Shown here piece after piece: positions 53,175-64,000 of a stretch of DNA of 64,000 bases. Every line of letters starts with the position of its first letter. Position 1 is the stretch's first letter. The notes under the pieces are model-generated. The model was not told the DNA's origin. It searched no databases and saw nothing but the letters and a program-made list of their open reading frames with translations. The translations under genes and the position numbers were made by a program. The DNA is from Sphyrna mokarran (lineage: Eukaryota), in the NCBI GenBank assembly GCA_024679065.1, contig JAGIQG010000009.1:65224001-65288000 (forward strand), given 5' to 3'.

Positions 53175-54195
53175 AGTAGGCAACTGCAAAAAATAGAGAG
53201 GCATGGGATTGAGAGTGATTTTGCAGCTTGGATCAGAAATTGTTTAGCTGAAAGAAGACAGAGGGTGATGGTTGGTGAGAAACGTTCATCGTGAAGTTCA
53301 GTTACTAGTGGTGTACCGCAAGGATCTGTTTTGGGGCTACTGCTGTTTGACATTTTTATAAATGACCTGGATGATGGCACAGATGGATGGGTTAGTAAAT
53401 TTGCAGATGACACTAAAGTTGATGGAGTTGTGGATAATGTGGAAGGATGTCGCAAATGGAATTTAATGCGGAAAAGTGTGAGGTAATTTACTTTGGAAGG
53501 AATACAGAGTGCTGGCCTAATGATAAAATACTTGGTAGTGTAGATAAGCAGAGAGATCTCAGTGTCCATGTGCATACATCCCTGAAAGTTGGCACTGTGT
53601 GTTAGCTTTTATTAGTAGAGGGATTGAGTTTCGGAGCCCCAATATCATGTTGCAGCTGTATAAAACTCTGGTGTGGCTGCACTTGGAATACTGCTTACAG
53701 TTCTGGTCGCCGATTATTGGAAAGACGTGGAAGCATTGGAAAGGATGCAGAGGAGATTTACTAGGTTGTTGCCTGGTATGGTGGGAAGGTCTTATGAGGA
53801 AAGGCTGAGTGACTTGAAGCTGTTTTCGTTAGAGAGAAGGTTAAGAGATGACTTAATAGAGGCACATAAGATGATCAGAGTATTTGACAGGGTGGACAGT
53901 GTGAACCTTTTTTCTCTGATGATAATAGCTAATATGAGGAGATATAGCTTTAAATTGAGGGGTGACAGACATAGGGCAGATGTTATAGGTAAGTTCTTTA
54001 CTCAGAGTAGTAAGAACATAGAATGCCCTTTCTGCAATAGTAGTGGACTTGTCAACGTTAAGGGCATTTAAATGGTCATTGGATAAGTATCTGGATGATA
54101 TTGGAATAGTGTAGGTTAGATGGGCTTTAGATTTGTTTCACAGGTCAGTGCAACATTGAAGGCCTAAGGGCCTGTACTGCAACGTAATGTTCTAT
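53175..54195 (+). mobile_element. CR1 LINE 3' ~1 kb, inserted between inverted Penelope terminal remnants (~53085-53145 and ~54240-54520)
   Basis: [16 protein letters not shown] and HLEYC.QFWSP; related to the 5683-6758 subfamily but more decayed. Confidence 0.92.
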
Positions 54196-55739
54196 GAGCC
54201 TACCACCATCTGAACTAGCTCAGAAGAATCATATTGGACAAGGAATGTTAACTCTGTTTCTCTCTTCACCAATGGTGCAGGGCCTGCTGAGTTTTACCAG
54301 CATTTTCTGCTTTTATCCCTACAGCATTAACTTGGACCTCTGGATTGCAAGTGCAGTGATTTTACCATTATCACTTTCAATTCTACTTCTCTAGAGTAGC
54401 TTATTAACTACTGTTACTCTTAGGTGACAAGCTGGAGTGTTCACTCTTTTTCCCCTTTTTGGATGCTGAAACAGTGCTGTGCATCTGTTTTTATTTTAGA
54501 TTTCCAGCATTTGCTATTTATATTCTAGCTCCATTTTATTTGTGTGGCTGCAGTAGGTCAAATAAAGTCATAGCATTGCCAATTCGCTGGCATTCCCAAA
54601 GCCATTGGGACCTATCTCTGCACACTGACAGATGTTACATTTCTCACCACACTGCAGCCAAAGCCTAAGACCACTATCTCAATTCTGACAAAACACAAGT
54701 TCACCCTTCTGAAATCCAAGACTCTGCACAATACTACCAAATTCCTCAACCTCCCATGCTGCTTTGAACTCCTAATATCCATCTCACAGCTACATTCATC
54801 CCAACTACTGTGAAAGCAAAAGGCACGTCCTGCTTGAGTACTCCCAAGTTCTCAAACCTTTACCCATGTTGGCCAACATAAATCACAATAACTATTTTTA
54901 GAAACAATGCATCCTTTAACTCAGTGAGCAAAGCCAGGGAAACTTGCTAACATAGGAACATTTTGTATAAAGCATGTACTTTATTAAGCAAACTATATAT
55001 GTGCATTCAGATAATAATATATTAAAGGCAGCCTTTCAGCTTCAGTATCATGGAGCTATGATGACAATTAAAATTAGATGACATTAGGTGTCATAATATT
55101 GTCTAATATTTGTCTAATATTTTGACCAATATAGTAAAACTGTCAACCAAAGTGGAGAATCATCACACCAAGTCGAAGCCTCAAGAGTCAGTCTAAAATG
55201 ATTGCATCAGGGACTTCGAATAACAAAGCACAGCAAATGCAAAAAAAAGTACGTACAAGAACAAGTTCAAATTAGGAGGCATTGTGAGTCAGACAGATAA
55301 CAAATGAGGAATACATGCCATGCTAAAACATCCAATTACCCACAAAAACAATAATGAAATTATTTATTTAATTACTGAAGAATATTTCAACAAAAGATTT
55401 TTCTCAGTAATGGGTGATTTTAAACCTACTACTTTTTGTTCTATAGCACCATTGAGCTACATTTTTACCAAAAATAAATGACAAAGCAGTACTCAATTTC
55501 AGTCACAGGGTGGTGCTAGCAATACCAAGGGGCAATTCAAATCCAAACTTGCTTGGCATTTGCCTGAAGATACCAAGGAGCTAACAAGTTGCCAGCTATT
55601 TCCACCAAACCGCACCAACTCAAAGATTTCAGAAGAGGCAACTGGAAGAGAGAAGAAAACATCTTCATATTCCATAACAATCCTCCTGAAATCAACAGTA
55701 ATAAAAATGCCACTAAAACACCCAATGTAACACCGTGGA

Positions 55740-56250
55740 AGGATGTCAAGGCTTGCAGGTTTACTAGAATGTTACCAAGAATGAAAACTTCAGTTACATG
55801 GAGAGATAGACAGCAGAGAAGATTGAGAGAATTAACAGAAGTTTTAAAAATACTTGACAGTTTCTCTTTATTTATCTAAACTATTTTGAGTGGACTTAAA
55901 AACCAGGTGCAATGAGGAGGTTATGCCATGAGTTACAATGATTTGGAATGCATTGGTGATGGTGAAAGCACATTCAATAGCAAACATCAGGAGAAAATTA
56001 GCTAAATACTTGAAAATAAATTAACTTTCAAGGTTATGCAGAAAGAACAGAAGAGTGATTACACAAATTGATTTTTAACTCTTTTGAAATCAAAGAGCAA
56101 AGGGATCATTTTATTTATGTTTCGTATTCATGTGGTCAAAAACATGTCAAATTTTGAATTTCACAAATACAGCAAAGTGTGGAAAATTCCAAGCTCTATG
56201 AGCAGCCACCCAGGCTGAATAGGCTCTTTCTGTGCTTTATGTTTCTGTGA
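55740..56250 (+). mobile_element. Old CR1 3' fragment carrying a ~135-bp insertion
   Basis: RFTRMLPRMK remnant; the 3' UTR is split at ~56062-56195. Confidence 0.7.
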
Positions 56251-56460
56251 AAAAGGAGATATGAAAGCTGAATTGCTTGAACAACTGAGAAGTATGTAAT
56301 TTATATTTATTGCTGGAAAATATTAGCAGAAAACTTAACCCAGACACAGATAATGTTTGGGATTAATATATTACTAACAGAAAACAAAGACAATACACTA
56401 TCTGTAAGCTGGAGAACACTAGCAAGCAAACCGCTATGCCTATTTCAACATACTGTGGCT

Positions 56461-59373
56461 GATGCCGGCATTGGACTGGGGTAAACACAGTAAGGAGTCC
56501 AACGCCAGCATCTCCATATCATGACTACCATCGACACTACAAACTGCCAGCTTCAAGTGCAGAGGATCTCCAAGAACATCGCGCATATCGACACAGACGT
56601 CAAGTTTTTACAAAGATGCAAGAAAGCAGACAAGATACTCAAAGGACTACAGATCATGAATCCACTCAGGTCAACCTATAACAGAGACTACGCTGAGAAA
56701 CTTTGCCATCATATTTCTCTCACACTCCTCAACCACTTCATACACCAGCAAATGCCGCATCCTGGAAACCAAGATAGAATTCATATTCTCAACTTGCACT
56801 CAGGACACAGACCAGCAGCGAAACGCTGTCAAGCAAATGAGACAAAGAAACTACACCATCTACATGCACATCAAGAACAGGAAACTTGAAAAACTCGGCA
56901 TCACCACCAGCTGCAATCAAACTTCCCCGGCACTACAGTAGAAAACAGTGCCACCACAGGGAAGTCTATTGTCAAATTGTCAAAGTACACACATCAACCA
57001 TACAAAGTCGAAGTTCTCAGCCGAGGGCTCAATTTTGCCCCACACTAAAATGGACCTCGTCAGTCACACAGAGGACACAGAGGAATTCATCAAGTGAATG
57101 AGGCTACGGGAGTTCTTCCAAAACCTCAAGAGACCAACAGTGAACACAATGAGACAGAATGAACCGAAACAGCTGACAGAGTGTTCCACAGTGCAGCAAC
57201 CAATTGGACTTCTCCAGAAGGCCACTGCCCTTGACTTGACATGTATGCTCAAGCCATCAGGAGGTGCGTCAACACCAGATTCATCAACCACGTTCACAAG
57301 ACAGCCCCAAACATCACCCAAGCACAATGCAACACCATCCACGCTCTCAAGACCAACCGCAACATCGTTATCAAACCAGCAGACAAAGGAGGGACCGTCA
57401 TACTGAACAGAACAGATTACTCAAAGGAGTGTACCGACAGCTGAATAATGAGGAACACTACAGACAGTTACCTGCAGATCCAACCAAAGAACGCACCCCA
57501 TCAACTCAACACTCTGATCAAGACCTTTGATCCGGACCTTCAGAGCTCCCTCCATGCTCTCATCCCACGTACTCTCAGCGTTGGGAAATCTCTACTGCCT
57601 CCCAAAGATACACAAGGCCAACACTCTCAGCTGTACCATTATATCGGGCAATGGGACCCTGTGCGAGAATTTCTCTGGCTAAGTCAAGGGCATTCTGAAA
57701 TCCATTGTACAAAGAATCCCCAGCTTTTGTTGCAACACTACAAACTTCCTACAGAAACACAGCACACTGAGCAATTGAACCAGGGGCACTCCTCGTCACA
57801 ATGGATGTCTCAGTGCTCTACACCAGTATTCCCCACGAGGATGGTATTGCTGCAACTGCCTCAGTACTAAATGCCAACAATTGCCAGTTTCTAAACGCAA
57901 TTTTACAACTCATCTGCTTCATTCTGGACCACAATGTCTTCACCTTCAACAACCAGTTCTTCATCCAGACACACAGATGGGGATCAAATTCGCACTTTAA
58001 TATGCCAACATCTTCATGCACAGGCTTGAACAAGACTTCTTCACCACACAGGACCTTCAATTGATGACATACGCTAGATATATCGATGACATTTTCTTCC
58101 TTTGGACTCACGGTGAACAATCACTGAAACAACTGTCTGAATGACATCAACAAGTTCCATTCCACCATCAGACTCAACATGGACTGTTCTCCAGAAACTG
58201 GATGCATCCTTGGACACGTGCATCTTCATCAAGGACTGCCACCTCAGTACACCGCAAGCCCATAGATAACTTCACGATGCTCCACTTCTCTAGCTTCCAC
58301 CCTAAACATGTTATCCAGTAAAGACAACCCTCCATATACACAGGATCTGCTCAGATGAGGAGGATCGCAAAGACACCTTCAGACACTGAAAGATGCCCTC
58401 ATAAGAGCAGGATATAGCGCTCGACTCATCAACAGTTCCAACATGCCACAGCGAAAAACTGCATTCACCTCCTCAGAAGACAAACACAGGACATGGTAGA
58501 CAGAGTACTCTTCGCCATCCAATACTTCCCCAGAGCAGAGAAACTACGACGTCTTCTCTGGAGTCTTCAACATGTCATTGATAAAGACGAACATCTTGAA
58601 AGGGCCATCCCCACACCCCCACTTCTTGCCTTCAAATAACCGCATAACCTCAAACAGACCATTCTCCGCAGAAAACTACCCAGCCTTTAGGAGAATATCA
58701 CGCAACCCTGCCACAGCAACCTCTGCCAGACATGGATGCCATCATCTCACACGAGAACACCATCCACCAGATGCATAGCACATAATCTTACAACTTGGCC
58801 AATGTTGTCTACCTAATGCGCTGCAGGAAAGGATGTCCCGAAGCACGGTACATTGGAGAGACCATGCAGATGCTACAACAATGGATGAATGAACATCGTT
58901 CCACAATCACCAGGCAAGACCTCTGATCTTTGAGTAAATGTTCTCCAAAGCAGCCTTCATGACATATAACAGCACAGAGTTGCTGAGCAGAAACTGATAG
59001 CCAAATTCTGCACACGAGGACGACCTCAACCGGGATCTTGGGTTCATGTCACAATATCTGTAACCCTCATGACTTGCGTGAACTTGCAACATCTCACTTA
59101 CTGTCTTGTAATGGAGACAATACACATCACTTTAACCTATGTTTAATGCTATCTCCACTCACATTGCCTACACCTTTAAGACTTGAATAGCAGATTAGCT
59201 ACAAAGACACACGTTCTAATCAGTATTCTGTCAACTGTGTGTGCCTTTATATGCCCTGTTTCTGATCAGAACTCTCCACTCACCTCTCAAAGGAACAGCA
59301 TTCCAAAAGCTTTGGCGTTTACAATCAAATAAACCTATTGGACTTTATCCTAGTGTTGTGAGACTTCTTACTG
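56461..59373 (+). mobile_element. Near-full-length Penelope-like retroelement (RT and GIY-YIG), frameshifted
   Basis: Fragments NIVIKPADKGG, MDVSVLYTSIPHEDGI, RYIDDIFF.WTHG and NVVYLMRCRKGCPEARYIGET (GIY-YIG); 3' end 'aaataaacctattggactttatcctagtgttgtgagacttcttactg'. Confidence 0.95.
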
Positions 59374-59399
59374 CATTTCAACATACAACAGAGGTTTGC

Positions 59400-59810
59400 T
59401 ACAGAGATATTTCCAAGCTGTAGATTAGATTATGACATAAAACAGATAGTTCATTTTCCAAAACATATTAGTGTGCAGGTACAGTCAGTAATTAGCAAAG
59501 TAAGGGGAACTGAATGCAAAAGTTAAGAAGGTTATGCTTCAGTTATACCACACATTGGTAACATTACATCTGAAGCACTGTGTACAGTGGCGCTCTCCTT
59601 ATTTAAGAAAGGTTGTAAACACACTGGAAGCAGTTCAGAGGTGATATGATACCTAAGGGGTTACCACTGAGTTGCCTTATGGGGAAAGGCTGGACTAGAG
59701 TTGCATCCATTATAGAAGAGTCAGAGATAACTTGATTGAAACAAAATCCTGAGGGGACTTGACAAGGTGGAAAGGGTATTTCTTTTTGAGGGAGAATTCA
59801 GGATAAATAG
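59400..59810 (+). mobile_element. Old CR1 RT fragment
   Basis: 'gttatgcttcagttatac...catctgaagcactgtgtacagt...ctggaagcagttcagag'. Confidence 0.7.
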
Positions 59811-61772
59811 TAGAGCTAAATGTCAATTCCCAGCAGAACAAAAATGGAAAAGCACTTATCCCCATTTTTTATTAAATTATGGACTGAGCAGCTCATGATT
59901 CCAGTGATGGAATTTAATTATTTGGCAAGGCCAGTAGTGACATCTGGAAAATATCAGTCAGCAATAGGACAACAAAAGTACAAATCCAACAAAACAAAGA
60001 GGAGAATAAACATTTGCAATGATTTCTATGCTTTCTTTCCAAGATCTTTTTATGCATTTGAGCAACAGCAGCTGCTATTTATATTTTCCAACAGAATCAA
60101 CACAAGATCAGGGGAAAAATATCATTTTTCAACTTTCTAACCTATTATTTAAAGTACTTCCAAATTTATTCAAGTGGAGGGAGGCTGTAAGCTTGAGGCA
60201 ATGTAACCCAAACAGGAGACTTGGAAAGAAAAATAAGTTAGTGCCATATTGCAACTGCGGTATCTATTATATAGATAATTCAGTTTCTGAAGCACACAAT
60301 TCCAAAATTTCACTTAAAGTATCAATGCCTATAGGTGGCACTATATCAAATCATACAATTGCTTATTATAAGCAATTATAATTATTATAAGGGACTAAAA
60401 TCTTTGATTGCACAAAATGATTTTAACTCTTGAAATCAAGAGCAAGATGGATGATTTTATTTATTTTTTATGTGTTCATGTGGTCAAAAACGTGTCAGGT
60501 TTTGAACCTCATTAGTACAGCAAAGAATGGAAAGCTCCAAGTTGTCTTTAAATTGTATCCTTGAGGTCTCACCCCTAAGCATTCCTGAACCACTATTCTA
60601 TTAACTTGATTATTTAGTCCTATGCATTGATGTGTATTGTTCCACAAGCTACTGTTCCATTAACTTACTTTTCTATTCAACTCATTTTGCATTTCCCAAG
60701 CTATCGTCTCAGACTCAATTGTTTGACCTAGTCTGATACGGTCAGCAAACTTTACCAAATTTGACAGTCCCCAGTAAGAATTTTTTTTAGATCAAGAAAA
60801 TCACTCAAATTTCAGAAATCTTGGATGTTTCAATATGAAGTGGATGTGCACACTACTATGCCTAACTCTCTCTGGATTTAAGTTTAGTTCAGTGTATTAT
60901 TCACATTAATCAGGGAAACCCACACAGATTAGAGTTAAGTAAGCAAGCAGCAGAAATTTTTGTGAACATTTTTCTGAAGCAGCATAAACAATCAAGGAAA
61001 TGAGGGGATAATTGCATTTCAGTGCAAAATTGTCTTTCCAGGAAACATTTGTATAACAGAATTCTCAAAATAGGTCAACAACTGGACAAAAACGTCATCA
61101 CTTTTCAGGAAATCAACTAATTACTTTCATTGAATTCTAATAGTCATGAACACTGAGGGGGTAAAAAGTAATTCAGCAAAGACTGCATCCTTTGTCTCCA
61201 TTTCTTTCCTAGCAACATTCGCAACTGTAAACTCATCTCACCACTGATCAGCAGCAAATAAAGCCTTGAAGAATATGAGAAAACCAATACCTTCAGACTA
61301 AAATGTGCAAACAGTTGTCACCCTATCTACTTTTCCAATTTACTTTCATAACAATTAATGAAGTTCTATTAATCTTTGCAAATAGAGTTGATAAAATCCA
61401 GTTGTTGCAAAGGGGCAGTCCTTTTGAATATTTTCTACTTTTATAAACCTATCTGTTGAGATGTCATAAAAACTAATACAATTAACTTTCTGAAGGTATG
61501 AACTATTCACATTATACAAAATTATTCTGCATATTGTGCAATTTACTATAATCAGAATACAATTAAAGTACCTAAAGTCAAAAGCTTGGAATCTGTCAAG
61601 ACATTCTTCTGAACTAAATCGAAAAGTTAGGAACAAGATTAGGTCCTGTTCCTCATCCTGTACCACCGTTCAGTAGCAATAACATAGTAAATGATTCTGG
61701 AAACTCAAATTACATCAACTGGAAAAGCCATCACCCAATAACCAGAGTTACGGCTTCAAAATGTGGAAAACA

Positions 61773-62068
61773 CAGCGGCACAATAGTTAGCACCACTGCT
61801 TCACAGCACTAGGGACATAGATTTGATTTCCAGCATGGATCACTGTCTTTGCAGAGTATACTTTCTCCACGAGTCTGCGTGGGTTTCTTCCGAGAGCTCT
61901 GGTTTCTTTCTACAGTCCAAAAGACATGTGGTCAGATGCACTGGCCATATTAAAATCTCCCTTAGCACAACCTGTACAGGTGCAAGAATGTGGTGATGAG
62001 AGGATTTTCACAGTAACTTAATTGCATTGTTAATGTAAGCCTACTTGTGACAATAATAGATAAACTTC
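61773..62068 (+). mobile_element. V-SINE/HE1-like SINE
   Basis: Head 'ggcacaatagttagcaccactgcttcacagc', 'tctgcgtgggtttc', tail 'gttaatgtaagcctacttgtgacaataa'. Confidence 0.85.
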
Positions 62069-62183
62069 AAAAACATTATCAGAATTGACCAACTACTTAA
62101 ATTATGGCAACTATGCTTTATAGCCTCCAAGAACACTGAACAGCAGCCTGTAAAATTCTTAAGCAGTTTCATCATTACAGACT

Positions 62184-63039
62184 GTGTTATAATGACCAAC
62201 TTTTTTTTGTGATTTTGTTGCTGAATAACTATTGAAGTATTGGCAGGACACCAAGAAAACTCCTTTGGTCCACTGGATATTTAGTGTTTGTGTTTACGGT
62301 CGATGAGACCTTGGTTTAATATCTCATCCGTTGGAAGTGCACTCGATGGTGTACCTAGATTCACATTTATAAACCTAGATTCACATTTTTTTCTGTCAAT
62401 TAGACAGCAGTTATTATCTCTCAGGCCTTATGCACAACTACTATTTATTTGCTTCAAAAATATTAAGCTAATTTCATAGGTCTGCTCTAATTTACTCATC
62501 CAATCTGAGGTATATGCCACATTGGTCAACTACTATGAGCATTTAATTTTTGACATCAAGTATATAACCAAAGTTTGTGTTATAAATTTCTACCAGTGAT
62601 GTCACAAAATCAATCCACATACTCTACAACATTTATAAATTTCAAGGTGGCAGCTTGCAATCACCTTCTCAAGAGTAGTGATAAACAATGAATGCTGGCC
62701 TAGCCAGTAAAGCGCACGTTGTGTGGAAGGATAAATTTTTTAAAAAGGTGAATATCTCGCCTTTAAATATTCCTACCTAAATAATCATCAGCCATGATGC
62801 AGTAACTATCATTCCCATCTGAGTCAATATGTTGTGGGTTCAAGTTCCTCATCAGAGCTTGAGCAGCTCTACACCATCGAGTGCACTTCCAACGGATGAG
62901 ATATTAAACCAAGGTCTCATCGACCGTAAACACAAACACTAAATATCCAGTGGACCAAAGGAATTTTCTTGGTGTCCTGCCAATACTTCAATAGTTATTC
63001 AGCAACAAAATCACAAAAAAAAGTTGGTCATTATAACAC
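62184..63039. repeat. 170-bp inverted repeat with one mismatch (62184-62353 / 62870-63039, 516-bp spacer), DeuSINE-derived
   Basis: Base-by-base comparison gives 169/170 complementary positions (mismatch C62260/A62963). Contains the Deu-like motif 'cggatgagatattaaaccaaggtc...ggtgtcctgccaat'. Confidence 0.95.
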
Positions 63040-63044
63040 CAGTG

Positions 63045-64000
63045 CATACAGACCATAAAGAATTTGCCATGTGAAATTTGGATGATCAGCTACTTCTGGA
63101 GTACAAGTCTTCAGCACTATTGCCAGAATGTTTTCAGTGCCCATTTCTTTTGCAGTATTCTGTGCCTTCAGCCATTTCTTGATGACATGTGAAGTGAATT
63201 TAACTGACTGAAGGCTAGCTAGTATCTGTGAAGCTAGGGACCTCAAGAGCTCGAAATTGATCCTGCACTTGGCACTTCTGGCTGAAGATGGCTGCAAATG
63301 CTCCAAACCTTATCTTTTGCACTGATGTTCCCAGCTTCCCCATCAAGGATGACAATATTTGTACAGCCTCCTCCTGCAGTTAGCTGTTAATTCTCCATTA
63401 CTACTCATGACTAGCTGTGATAGGATTGCAAATCTTAGATCTCATCTGTTGGTTTTTGGGACAATTTAGTTTTATTTATCATATGCTGTCCTACTGCTTT
63501 GCATTTAAGTAGCCTTGCCTTGTTGCTTCACCAAGTTGACACTTCATTTCTAGGTATGCCTGGTGCCATTCCTGGCATGCCCTCTGCACTCTTCATTGAG
63601 CAAAGCTCAGCCTGGCTTAATGGTAATAGTGGATGATATGCCAGGCCATGCAATAACAGGTTGAATACTAATGCTGCTGCTGGCCCCTTCACCAATAGGA
63701 TAGATAATCAATGTTGAGTTGTTAGATCCATTTGAAATTCTCATTTGGCAAGGTGGTAATGCCACATAACACAATGGTGGGTACCCTCAAAATAAAAACA
63801 AGACTTTGTACCTATAAGGACTATACGGTTGTCACTCCTATCAATACTGTCATGTATAGACACATCTGCAATAAGTAGGTTGGCAAGAAAGTCAAATAGG
63901 TTATCCTCTCACCATCTGCCATAGGCCCCATCTTCAGTTAGTTCAAATTAGTAGTGATGTTACCAAGTCACTCCATGAGATTGCAACTGAAGTCCACCGA
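63045..64000 (-). mobile_element. Old non-LTR retrotransposon fragment running to the window end
   Basis: ORF remnant KEMGTENILAIVLKTCTPEVA is typical of the region before a LINE RT; homologous to 7170-7605 and 25900-26885. Confidence 0.75.

Noticed and set aside
61355-61666. 103-aa minus-strand ORF as a novel gene
   Set aside because: No ATG start, no recognisable domain, and composition typical of AT-rich chance ORFs.
41782-64000. CDC73 exon 7 (SLSEAMSVEK...LQSTGK)
   Set aside because: No matching minus-strand sequence found by eye; it presumably lies beyond the window.

Overview
Vertebrate genomic DNA, most likely from a shark or other elasmobranch (inferred from the repeat families; the species cannot be determined). 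The window covers part of the CDC73 (parafibromin) locus on the minus strand. Three coding exons match human exons 8, 9 and 10 in length (99, 79 and 65 bp) and have GT-AG boundaries. The 3' part of the single-coding-exon gene B3GALT2 lies nested on the plus strand in intron 10. The rest is intron dominated by decayed repeats: CR1, L2, L1, Rex1/Babar and Penelope-like elements, V-SINE/HE1-like and DeuSINE-like SINEs, and one hAT MITE. Nearly all ORF-track entries other than B3GALT2 are TE fragments or chance ORFs. The most unusual signal is a cluster of local inverted or templated duplications inside CDC73 introns: a 170-bp inverted repeat with a single mismatch built from old SINE sequence, a ~420-bp Penelope foldback that copies its host flank, a ~200-bp inverted repeat next to exon 10, and a ~135-bp templated insertion. 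Also notable are a CR1 3' UTR carrying a V-SINE domain and a palindromic two-strand poly(A) signal. I found no clear evidence of a novel protein-coding system. TE boundaries and identity levels are estimated by eye.
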